Source: Eledone cirrhosa | Taxonomy: Eukaryota | NCBI GenBank assembly: GCA_964016885.1 | Contig: OZ024740.1 | Coordinates: forward strand, 417,074,001-417,138,000 | Direction of reading: 5' to 3' | Length of the DNA: 64,000 nucleotides | Shown here: piece by piece, positions 12,121 to 23,600 of the stretch | Position numbering within the stretch: the stretch's first letter is position 1 | Layout of the letters: each line of letters starts with the position of its first letter | Translations under genes and position numbers: made by a program | The notes under the pieces: generated by a model | Seen by the model: the letters and a program-made list of their open reading frames with translations, nothing else | What the model was told of the DNA's origin: nothing | The model's database searches: none

Positions 12121-12307
12121 TCTCGTTTGCTCGAATTCCTCAGTGAATGTTTCATCAGTCTGTAGTGCAGTGTTTAATTTCTACAATCGGCAACCAGAAC
12201 AATAGTATCTAAGGTATTGCAAAATATTTCAGCGAGTCAATTCCGCTTGTATTGGCTAAGAAACAATCTCAATTGGCTTGTGTAAGGGTTTCTTATATCA
12301 ATACAAT

Positions 12308-12725
12308 GAAAGCGTATGGCTTGGTGGTCATAGCTTAGGGTTTGCAATCGTGAGGTTGTGAGTTCAATTCCTGGACCGGGTGATGCATTGTTTCCTTGAA
12401 CAAGACACTTTATTTCTCGTTGCTCCAGTTTACTCAGCTGTAGAAATGAGTTGCGATGACACATGTGCCAAGCTGTATCAGCCTTTGCCTTTCCCTTGGA
12501 CATCATATATAGTGTATATATAGTGTATATATAATGTATGTATATATGTTGTCATGTCACTGGTGCCAAGCTGTATCGGCTATCGCCTTTCCTTTGGACA
12601 ACATCGGTGGCGAGAAGCGGGGAGACTGCCGGTCTTCCACAAAACACCTTGCCTAGGCTTGTGCCTCGGAGGGGAATTTTCTAGGTACAAATCCCTTGGT
12701 TATTCGTGACTGAAGAAGGTCTTTT
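12308..12725 (+). mobile_element. SINE family B with alternative long tail, partly duplicated around a TA-rich interruption
   Basis: Head and core at 12308-12450; tail GTGCCAAGCTGTATC..GCCTTTCC(C/T)TTGGACA appears twice; minus-strand homolog at 37855-38120. Confidence 0.8.
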
Positions 12726-12847
12726 ACAATGACACACCTGTATAAGGTAGAGGAATGTTATAATAAACTAACAACATTCCTTGAAAAGGTTAAAATTAAA
12801 ATCAATCCCAATTTCCCTTAATACAAATATTAGAGAGCGGAACTAAT

Positions 12848-13500
12848 AATGGTTTCTACTTTTGGCAGAAGGCCAACAACTGGGAGGGGGCGATTAAATT
12901 AACCCCAGTGTATTACTGGAACTTTATTTTATCGACTTCGTAATGATGAAAGACAAAGCTAACCTCTGCGCGATTTGAATGGCCGTAACTCTATGCCGCG
13001 AAGAAGGGTGTCCGACGCTCTACTGATTCTGCCAATAATTATTTCTGATTTAGGCACAAGGCCAACAATTTGAGGGGAAAGGAAAAGTCGATTAAATCGA
13101 CCCCAGTGCGTTACTGGTACTTTATTGAACGTAAAGAACCGTAACTATATGCCGCAAAGCATGTCGTCCGACGCTCTGCCGATACTGCCAATCCACCGCC
13201 CTGAACAATGAAAAGCTTTCAGTCTGGTAATGAATCGTTTCTACCTGCTATTTGGATCATTTTGTAAGAGACGCACATAAGAGTTCTCTCCCACGTTAGT
13301 TTTATAGTTATATAATTGTTTCTACTTTTGGCACAAGGCCAGCAATTATCCCCAGTACATTACTGGTACTTTATTTTATCGACCCTGTAAGGATGAAAGG
13401 CAAAGTAAACCTCGGCGGGATTTGAACTCAGAATGGAAAGGGCCGTAACTCTATGTTGTAAAGCATGGCGTCGGACTCTCTACCGATACTGCTAATCTAG
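12848..13500 (-). mobile_element. Cluster of three SINE A copies
   Basis: Copies at about 12848-13036, 13038-13203 and 13312-13500. Confidence 0.85.
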
Positions 13501-13650
13501 CGAATATGTCTATATCTATTTTGTCCATCACTCACTGAAAGGGAGATGACTGAGGAAGGAAGGAAGTGGTGACAAACAGCGACCAGTGTTCTAAGATTCG
13601 CTACACTTGTGTGAGTGTAGTATAGCGAACTGGCTACACACATTGGCTAT

Positions 13651-15506
13651 TATAATTGTAAGTGTATGTGTGGTTATATCACTTGTGTGTGTATATGTGT
13701 GGATATATGTATAATTGTAAGTGTGTGTGTGGTTATATCACTTGTGTGTGTATATGTGTGGATATATGTATAATTGTAAGTGTATGTGTGGTTATATCAC
13801 TTGTGTGTGTATATGTGTGGATATATGTATAATTGTAAGTGTATGTGTGGTTATATCACTTGTGTGTCTATATGTGTGGATATATGTATAATTGTAAGTG
13901 TATGTGTGGTTATATCACTTGTGTGTCTATATGTGTGGATATATGTATAATTGTAAGTGTATGTGTGGTTATATCACTTGTGTGTCTATATGTGTGGATA
14001 TATGTATAATTGTAAGTGTATGTGTGGTTATATCACTTGTGTGTGTGTATGTGTGGATATATGTATAATTGTAAGTGTATGTGTGGTTATATCACTTGTG
14101 TGTCTATATGTGTGGATATATGTATAATTGTAAGTGTATGTGTGGTTATATCACTTGTGTGTGTATATGTGTGGATATATGTATAATTGTAAGTGTATGT
14201 GTGGTTATATCACTTGTGTGTCTATATGTGTGGATATATGTATAATTGTAAGTGTATGTGTGGTTATATCACTTGTGTGTGTGTATGTGTGGATATATGT
14301 ATAATTGTAAGTGTGTGTGTGGTTATATCACTTGTGTGTCTATATGTGTGGATATATGTATAATTGTAAGTGTATGTGTGGTTATATCACTTGTGTGTGT
14401 ATATGTGTGGATATATGTATAATTGTAAGTGTATGTGTGGTTATATCACTTGTGTGTCTATATGTGTGGATATATGTATAATTGTAAGTGTATGTGTGGT
14501 TATATCACTTGTGTGTCTATATGTGTGGATATATGTATAATTGTAAGTGTATGTGTGGTTATATCACTTGTGTGTCTATATGTGTGGATATATGTATAAT
14601 TGTAAGTGTATGTGTGGTTATATCACTTGTGTGTGTGTATGTGTGGATATATGTATAATTGTAAGTGTATGTGTGGTTATATCACTTGTGTGTGTGTATG
14701 TGTGGATATATGTATAATTGTAAGTGTATGTGTGGTTATATCACTTGTGTGTGTGTATGTGTGGATATATGTATAATTGTAAGTGTATGTGTGGTTATAT
14801 CACTTGTGTGTGTGTATGTGTGGATATATGTATAATTGTAAGTGTATGTGTGGTTATATCACTTGTGTGTGTGTATGTGTGGATATATGTATAATTGTAA
14901 GTGTATGTGTGGTTATATCACTTGTGTGTGTATATGTGTGGATATATGTATAATTGTAAGTGTATGTGTGGTTATATCACTTGTGTGTCTATATGTGTGG
15001 ATATATGTATAATTGTAAGTGTATGTGTGGTTATATCACTTGTGTGTGTATATGTGTGGATATATGTATAATTGTAAGTGTATGTGTGGTTATATCACTT
15101 GTGTGTGTGTATGTGTGGATATATGTATAATTGTAAGTGTATGTGTGGTTATATCACTTGTGTGTGTGTATGTGTGGATATATGTATAATTGTAAGTGTA
15201 TGTGTGGTTATATCACTTGTGTGTGTGTATGTGTGGATATATGTATAATTGTAAGTGTATGTGTGGTTATATCACTTGTGTGTGTATATGTGTGGATATA
15301 TGTATAATTGTAAGTGTATGTGTGGTTATATCACTTGTGTGTCTATATGTGTGGATATATGTATAATTGTAAGTGTATGTGTGGTTATATCACTTGTGTG
15401 TGTGTATGTGTGGATATATGTATAATTGTAAGTGTATGTGTGGTTATATCACTTGTGTGTGTGTATGTGTGGATATATGTATAATTGTAAGTGTATGTGT
15501 GGTTAT
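13651..15506. repeat. 59-bp minisatellite, ~31 copies
   Basis: Unit TATAATTGTAAGTGTATGTGTGGTTATATCACTTGTGTGTGTATATGTGTGGATATATG, near-identical copies. Confidence 0.97.
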
Positions 15507-16300
15507 GTGTGTGTTTGTGTGGATATATTTATACTTGTGTGAATGTATAATTGTTTATATTTATATACTCATACATATAAATGTATATATAGACACCGAG
15601 AAGAATGAATGTTGAGGGGACCACAAGGACTATATTTATATATACTAGCTGGAGATAATCCCCTTTCTCTATATTATAATCCCCTCTCTCTAAATATATT
15701 AAAAAACCCTCTCTATATATATAAACCCATCCCTTTCTCTATATATTAAAACCACCTTCTCTATATATTATAACACCCCTCTCTCTACATATATATTTAA
15801 CCCCCTCTCTCTATATATATTTTAACCCACCTTTCTCTATATTATAACCCCCTCTCTATATATTATAACCCCCTTCTCTCTATATATAATAACCCATCCC
15901 TTTCTCTATATTATAAACCTCTCTCTTTAAATATAGTATAACCTACTCTCTCTATATATATTATCACCCCCTTCCCTGTCTATATATTATAACGCCCTCT
16001 CTCTATATATATAGTATAACCCCCTCTCTATATATATAGTATACCCCCCTCTCTATATATATATATATATTATAACTCCCTCTATATATTATAACCCCCT
16101 TCGCTCTCTATATATAATAACCCATCCCTTTCTCTATATTATAACACCCTCTCTCTATATATATATTATAACCCCCTCTCTCTATATATATTATAACCCC
16201 CTTCTCTATCTAAACTATAATAAAGTAAGGAGCACGGGACTGCGAACGGTTTATAATTTTTTATCCCATTAGTAAAATAAGTTGGATTACTTTGAATAAA

Positions 16301-16400
16301 TAATTGTTTCTACTTTAGGCACAAGGCCAGCAATTACTCAGTACATTACTGGTACTTTATTTTATCGACCCCGTAAGGATGAAAGGCAAAGTCAACCTCG
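16301..16400 (-). mobile_element. 5'-truncated SINE A inside the Helitron
   Basis: Tail and core on the minus strand; 19-bp direct repeat at 16286-16304 and 16504-16522. Confidence 0.85.
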
Positions 16401-16626
16401 TGTTGACATTTCAGAAATTTTAAAGAAGTGAATCTTTAAATAAACAAAATATATTTAATCAACAGCCACGAAATTTAGTAGATAAATTATGTAATATTCA
16501 TTCATTACTTTGAATAAATAATGAATGAATATTACATAATTTATCTACTAAATTTCGTGGCTGTTGATTAAATATATTTTGTTTATTTAAAGATTCACTT
16601 CTTTAAAATTTCTGAAATGTCAACAC
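16400..16626. repeat. 108-bp-arm inverted repeat, 11-nt loop
   Basis: 16400-16507 is the reverse complement of 16519-16626 (no mismatch seen). Confidence 0.95.
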
Positions 16627-17147
16627 TTCCAGTTGGCCATCGATTAAATAAACATACTAATTTCTCTTAATGCAGTTTATATATAATATCGTCTTTTTTA
16701 ATGTATCATGGATTACGTTACTGATTACATAAGACAGTGTAACGCAGTCTTCGTTTAATTTCTGTGTATTATATATTGTCAATTACGATTTTATTTGATG
16801 TATCATGTATATATTTGATGTATCATGTATATATACTTGCGTATAATATCAATATACACACTACACATGCTAGCAGAGAACCACCCGAGGGGTGGTTTTT
16901 CTGCTAGTATATATAATAACCCATCCCTTTCTCTATATTATAACCCTCTCTCTCTAAATATATTATAACCCCCTCTCTCTATATATATATTATAACCCCT
17001 TCCCTCTCTATATATAATAACCCATCCCTTTCTCTATATTATAACCTTTCATTTATAACCTTTGCCTTTCATCCTTACGGGGTCGATTTAATCGACTTCC
17101 CCCTCCCCAAAAATTCCTGGCCTTGTGCATATATAAGAAATCATTAT

Positions 17148-17500
17148 TTGGTCGGATGGATTGGTAGGACAAAATTCAACTCTTCTCTTCCAGACGTCAC
17201 GATCTTCCATGGCATTCTTTAGATCATTATTCCCCAGCTGGACATCCCAAGCTGATCTATGGTAGGCCATTCTCGGTCATCTCATTAGAGTTTTGTCTAG
17301 GTATCTACAACAGTAAGTGACTCATAAATTCATCCTTGCTTCAGCAGCAGTATCCAGCATAGCTTGTCCTCCACTCTCTATTGTCGAGACAGCTGATCAA
17401 TGGAGATCATTCTCGGTCATCCCACTAGGGTTTTACCATGTCTAGGCATCTACAACAGTACCCAGCTCATTAGTTCATACATTCTTCAGTAGTAGTGTCC
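17148..17500 (-). mobile_element. Degenerate RTE 3' fragment with internal duplication
   Basis: DLKNAMEDRDVWKRRV motif; segment CATTCTCGGTCATC...TCTACAACAGTA repeated. Confidence 0.6.
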
Positions 17501-17502
17501 AA

Positions 17503-17761
17503 GTGAAGGCGCATGGCTTAGTGGTTAGAGCATTGGACTTGCAATCGAAAGGTTGTGAGTTCAATTCTCGGACCGGGTGATGTGTTGTTTCCTTGAGCAA
17601 GACACTTTATTTCACGTTGCTCAGTTTACTCGGCTGTAGAAATGAGATGATAGGACTGGCGTCCCTATCATTAAAACATCCAAGACACCTCCAACGAGAT
17701 ATACCTCGGAGGAGGCCAGCTAAACCTGCATAGGTGTGAGCTGTCACACACACAAAAAAAA
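17503..17761 (+). mobile_element. SINE family B, full length
   Basis: A and B boxes, core, (CA)/A tail; flanked by near-direct repeats AGTAGTGTCCAA and AGTAGTGTTCAA. Confidence 0.9.
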
Positions 17762-18129
17762 AGTAGTGTTCAATATATCTTGGCCTCCACTCCCTAATTA
17801 TTCTTAGTCATCCTGCTAGGGTCTTAGCATGTCTAGGTCTCCACAGCAGTAGTGGCTCATCACCTCATCCTTGCTTCGGTAGGAGTGTCTACCATATCTT
17901 ATCATTCAATCTCTAATTATTGCGGTAATCTTTGATATGTGTACTTCACCACTAATTTGAGCAATACGATGTTCTTAGTAGAATTTTGAATCTTATCTGT
18001 AAACCAGAGCAGAATATTGATATGAGGCATGTGTTTGTCATGCAACGAAATATATGTAACGTGCAGCTTTTGTAACGAGATTCATAAGTAAAATAGCTGC
18101 AGGTTGGGGGGCTGAGGAGGCCAAACTCT

Positions 18130-18385
18130 CCAAATACCAGTCACTCTCCGACAGGTTTTCGGTTGTGCCCTTGGTGGTGGAGACTTATGTCCTTGGCCCT
18201 GGAGCTACTTCTCGACTCACCACCATAGGCGCCGAGCTGGCCAGCCGCAGGTGTGAGCCACACGAGTTGGAGTGGCTTTTCCAGCGCGTCTTCCTTGCCG
18301 TACTCCGGCGAAACGCCTTCTCCAGTCTGTCCGCCGGGGCTGCGGGTAGACCACCAATATGATTGACTGACTTGTCATTTTATCA
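18130..18385 (+). mobile_element. CRE-like retrotransposon 3' end
   Basis: SDRFSVVPLVVETYVLGPGATSRLTTIGAELASRRCEPHELEWLFQRVFLAVLRRNAFS, stop codon, short 3' UTR. Confidence 0.75.
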
Positions 18386-18889
18386 GTAAATATACTGTGA
18401 TATACGGTGTGTCTTGAGTACTTTATTTTATCGACCCCGTAAGGGTGTAAGGCAAAGTTAACCTCGGCGGGATTTGAACGCAGAAGCTGTAATAATGCTG
18501 CGATGCCGTTGCCACATTATATTCAATATACTTGTAGTTTGGTTTTTACTACACTGATTTTATGATCAAGACGATAAAATTTAGCTACAAATATCCCAAA
18601 TACCAGATAATATATAAATGTCGATTTCCTGATGTAGGAAGCAGTTTTTCACCGAGATACATGAGGATGTGCATATGGGAATAGTTTTACTGAATATAGA
18701 GGTTGGCCGTAATAATTGTTGATGCTGAGGATGAGGTTTTCAGAGATAACGCCAGTCCTTTCTCTTCATTCAACTTCCTTCTATATTAGAGGACATGCAT
18801 TGCATCCATAAACAGCATAACGTCCGTGATATGACATCAAATCCAATGCCAATAAACTCAAATCAGTTTTATTTTTGTTCTAATAGCAA

Positions 18890-19560
18890 AATAACGGTTT
18901 CTGAGTAGGGCACAAGGCCAACAATTTTTTTTCGGAGTAGTGGTAGGGGTGGGGGTCAATTAAATCAACCCCAGTGCATTACTGGTACTTTACTTCATCG
19001 ACCCCGTAAGAATGAAAAGCAACGCTAACGTTGCCGGGATTTAAACTCAGAACATAAAGGGGTGCAACTCTGCTGCAAAGCATGGTTTACGAATGTGGGA
19101 ATTAATATTGGTTTCAGATTTATGCACAAAGCAAACAATTTTGGAGGAAGGAAATGTCGATCCAATCGACTCCAGTGTATTACTGGTACTTCATTTTAAC
19201 GTTCTAGTAAGAATGAAAGTAACGCTGACCTCGACGGGATTTGAACTCATAACTTGAAGTGTCGTAACTACATGTTGCAAAGCATGTTGTCCGATGCTCT
19301 ACCGATACTGCCAATCCCCCGCCCTCAATGTGAGAATTAATATTGGTTTCTTATATAGGCACAAGGCCAGCAATTTGGGGAGAGGGGAAGTCGATTAAAT
19401 CGACCCAGTGCGTGACTGGTACTTTATTTTACTGACCCCGTAAGGATGAAAGGCAAAGTTAACCTCGGTGGGATTTGAACTCAGATCATAAAGGGCCGTA
19501 ACTCTGTGCTGCAAAGCATGTTGTACGACCCTCTACCGATACTGCCAATCCACCGCCCTC
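18890..19560 (-). mobile_element. Three stacked SINE A copies
   Basis: Copies at about 18892-19088, 19105-19325 and 19341-19559, each followed by AATGTG(A/G)GAAT. Confidence 0.88.
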
Positions 19561-19941
19561 AATGTGAGAATATTAAAAGCTGTTTTGCTATTGGAACAGA
19601 TGAAGCTTCAATGTTGTTAATAATTCTCTGTACACGTTATAGAAAGTAAACAATCCATTTGCTACGTTCTCTATTTAGTGTGTTCCAATGCTGTTAAAGA
19701 ATTAACGTCTAACAAAGACTAAGAGGAACTAACTACTGCTTCCAACACAATATTACGAAGAGATCTTACATAGAAATATAAAAATAAATCAGTGATAGTA
19801 AGGAACCATTGAAAATTATTCTCCTGTCAGCCACAAGACGTTTAGAGAGAAGTAACTGTGTAAAAGAATTCTTAAGCAGTGGGCAGCATTAAAATGACGT
19901 TTTCAAATGATATTATATCGTTGTGACAATTATTATTGCTA

Positions 19942-20123
19942 TTGGCAGTATCGGTAGAGGGCCTGACGCCATGCTTTGCAGCAAAGACTTACGGCCCTTT
20001 GTGGTCTGAGTTCAAATCTCGCCGAGGTTAACTTTGCCTTTCATCCTTACGGGGTCGATAAAATAAAGTACCAGTAATACTCTGAGATAATTGCTGGCCT
20101 TGTGCCAAATGTAGAAACAATTA
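19942..20123 (+). mobile_element. SINE family A
   Basis: A box, B box, core and tail. Confidence 0.9.
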
Positions 20124-20403
20124 TTTCTATACGCTGGCTTGCCTCAAAAATCATTAGAGAGGTTGCCCAGTACTCCTCGCGATATATACATATATACCAT
20201 ATGTATTTATTTTCACTCCCATTTGTAACGTTATTTAATATATAACTAATAAATAATGTATTAGATGCAGCTAATCAATATATTTTTTTATTTATAAGAC
20301 ATTAGTTGACTGGATTTGAAAGAATTTCCTGTCTCCAAAAGAAATAAGGAGAGACAGTAGTATCGTAAGTTAACCATGTCATTCGACATTCTCTATGATA
20401 ATA

Positions 20404-20575
20404 ATAATTGTTTCTACTTTTAGCACAAGGCCAGCAATTACTGCTACTTTATTTTATCAACCCCGTAAAGATGAAAGGCAAAGTTAACCTCGGCGGGATT
20501 TGAACTCAAAACGTAAAGGGCCATAACTATGTTGCAAAGCATAGTGTCTGATGCTCTACCGATTCTACCAACCCT
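20404..20575 (-). mobile_element. SINE family A
   Basis: Core and tail with a small internal deletion. Confidence 0.85.
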
Positions 20576-20671
20576 TGCATCCTCAGTAGGTGAATGTTGA
20601 AAGGAATTTAGACGTAAAAATATATCAGGTAAATAGAATTTAATAGAAAAAGAAAAAATATTAGATTGAGA

Positions 20672-23600
20672 AGAAAGGGGGAGGTCTCTAGTGTCACAAA
20701 GGAAGGGGGAGGTATCTAGTGTCACAAAGGAAGGGGAGGGTCTCTAGTGTCACAAAGGAAGGAGGAAGGGTTCTAGTGTCACAAAGGATGGGGGAAGGGG
20801 TCTAGTGTCACAAAGAAAGGAGGAAGGGCTCTAGTGTCACAAAGGATGGGGGAAGGGCTCTAGTGTCACAAAAGAAGAGGGAGGGCTCTAATGTCACAAG
20901 GGAAGGAGGAAGGCTCTAGTGTCACAAAGGAATGGCGGGGGGCTCTAGTGTCACAAAGGAAGGGGGACGCTCTAGTGTCACAAAGGAAGGAGGGGCTCTA
21001 GTGTCACAAATGAAGGAGGAAGAGCTCTAGTGTCACAAAGGAAGGAGGACCGGCTCTAGTGTCACAAAGGAAGGAGGAAGGGCTCTAGTGTCACAAAGGA
21101 AGGAGGAAGGCTCTAGTGTCACAAAGGAAGGGGGACGCTCTAGTGTCACAAAGGAAGGAGGGGCTCTAGTGTCACAAATGAAGGAGGAAGAGCTCTAGTG
21201 TCACAAAGGAAGGGGGAGGGCTTTAGTGACACAAAGGAAGGAGGAAGGGTTCTAGTGTCACAAAGGAAGGAGGAAGGGTTCTAGTGTCACAAAGGAAGGA
21301 GGAGGGCTCTAGTGTCACAAAGGAAGGAGGAAGGGTTCTAGTGACACAAAGGAAGGAGGAAGAGCTTTAGTGTCACAAAGGAAGGAGGAAGGGTTCTAGT
21401 GTCACAAAGGGGGGGGGGGCTCCAGTGTCAGAAAGGAAGGAGGAAGGGCTCTAGTGTCACAAAGGAAGGAGGAAGGGTTCTAGTGACACAAAGGAAGGGG
21501 GAAGAGCTCTAGTGTCACAAAGGATGGGGGAAGGGTTCTAGTGACACAAAGGAAGGAGGAAGGGTTCTAGTGACACAAAGGAAGGGGGAAGAGCTCTAGT
21601 TTCACAAAGGATGGGGGAAGGGTTCTAGTGACACAAAGGAAGGAGGAAGGGTTCTAGTGTCACAAAGGAAGGAGGAAGAGCTCTAGTGTCACAAAGGAAG
21701 GGGGAAGAGCTCTAGTGTCACAAAGGAAGGGGGAAGAGCTCTAGTGTCACAAAGGAAGGAGGAAGAGCTCTAGTGTCACAAAGGAAGGGGGAAGAGCTCT
21801 AGTGTCACAAAGGAAGGGGGAAGAGCTCTAGTGTCACAAAGGAAGGAGGAAGAGCTCTAGTGTCACAAAGGAAGGGGGAAGAGCTCTAGTGTCACAAAGG
21901 AAGGAGGAAGGGTTCTAGTGTCACAAAGGAAGGAGGAAGGGTTCTAGTGACACAAAGGAAGGGGGAAGAGCTCTAGTGTCACAAAGGAAGGGGGAAGAGC
22001 TCTAGTGTCACAAAGGAAGGGGGAAGAGCTCTAGTTTCACAAAGGATGGGGGAAGGGTTCTAGTGACACAAAGGAAGGAGGAAGGGTTCTAGTGACACAA
22101 AGGAAGGAGGAAGGGTTCTAGTGTCACAAAGGAAGGGGGAAGAGCTCTAGTGTCACAAAGGAAGGGGGAAGAGCTCTAGTGTCACAAAGGAAGGGGGAAG
22201 AGCTCTAGTGTCACAAAGGAAGGAGGAAGGGTTCTAGTGACACAAAGGAAGGGGGAAGAGCTCTAGTGTCACAAAGGAAGGGGGAAGAGCTCTAGTGTCA
22301 CAAAGGAAGGAGGAAGGGTTCTAGTGACACAAAGGAAGGGGGAAGGGTTCTAGTGTCACAAAGGAAGGAGGAAGGGTTCTAGTGTCACAAAGGAAGGAGG
22401 AAGGGTTCTAGTGACACAAAGGAAGGGGGAAGGGTTCTAGTGACACAAAGGAAGGAGGAAGGGTTCTAGTGTCACAAAGGAAGGAGGAAGGGTTCTAGTG
22501 TCACAAAGGAAGGAGGAAGGGTTCTAGTGACACAAAGGAAGGGGGAAGAGCTCTAGTGTCACAAAGGAAGGGGGAAGAGCTCTAGTGTCACAAAGGAAGG
22601 AGGAAGGGTTCTAGTGTCACAAAGGAAGGAGGAAGGGTTCTAGTGTCACAAAGGAAGGAGGAAGGGTTCTAGTGACACAAAGGAAGGGGGAAGAGCTCTA
22701 GTGTCACAAAGGAAGGGGGAAGAGCTCTAGTGTCACAAAGGAAGGAGGAAGGGTTCTAGTGACACAAAGGAAGGGGGAAGAGCTCTAGTGTCACAAAGGA
22801 AGGGGGAAGAGCTCTAGTGTCACAAAGGAAGGGGGAAGGGTTCTAGTGACACAAAGGAAGGGGGAAGGGTTCTAGTGTCACAAAGGAAGGAGGAAGAGCT
22901 CTAGTGACACAAAGGAAGGGGGAAGAGCTCTAGTGTCACAAAGGAAGGAGGAAGAGCTCTAGTGTCACAAAGGAAGGGGGAAGAGCTCTAGTGTCACAAA
23001 GGAAGGAGGAAGAGCTCTAGTGTCACAAAGGAAGGGGGAAGAGCTCTAGTGTCACAAAGGAAGGAGGAAGGGTTCTAGTGTCACAAAGGAAGGGGGAAGG
23101 GTTCTAGTGACACAAAGGAAGGGGGAAGAGCTCTAGTGTCACAAAGGAAGGGGGAAGAGCTCTAGTGTCACAAAGGAAGGGGGTAGGGCTCTAGTGTCAC
23201 AAAGGAAGGGGGAAGAGCTCTAGTGTCACAAAGGAAGGAGGAAGGGTTCTAGTGACACAAAGGAAGGAGGAAGGGTTCTAGTGACACAAAGGAAGGAGGA
23301 AGAGCTCTAGTGTCACAAAGGAAGGGGGAAGAGCTCTAGTGTCACAAAGGAAGGAGGAAGGGTTCTAGTGACACAAAGGAAGGAGGAAGGGTTCTAGTGA
23401 CACAAAGGAAGGAGGAAGAGCTCTAGTGTCACAAAGGAAGGGGGAAGAGCTCTAGTGTCACAAAGGAAGGAGGAAGGGTTCTAGTGACACAAAGGAAGGA
23501 GGAAGGGTTCTAGTGACACAAAGGAAGGAGGAAGGGTTCTAGTGACACAAAGGAAGGAGGAAGAGCTCTAGTGTCACAAAGGAAGGGGGAAGAGCTCTAG

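Larger units (their letters stand above)
16209..16907 (+). mobile_element. Non-autonomous Helitron
   Basis: 5' TCTAAACTATAATAAAG; 3' hairpin AACCACCC-GAG-GGGTGGTT followed by CTAG; inserted between A and T with no TSD, and removal restores the minisatellite unit (CTTCTCTA|TATATATAATAACCCATCCC). Confidence 0.75.
15655..17060. repeat. Degenerate TATAACCCC(TC)n(TA)n minisatellite, split by a Helitron
   Basis: Same ~25-bp motif at 15655-16208 and 16908-17060. Confidence 0.8.

Noticed and set aside
17503-17575. tRNA genes
   Set aside because: A/B-box heads continue into SINE cores and do not form complete cloverleaves.
18600-18860. Highly decayed LINE RT fragment on the minus strand
   Set aside because: Only faint motif resemblance with stops; too weak to call.
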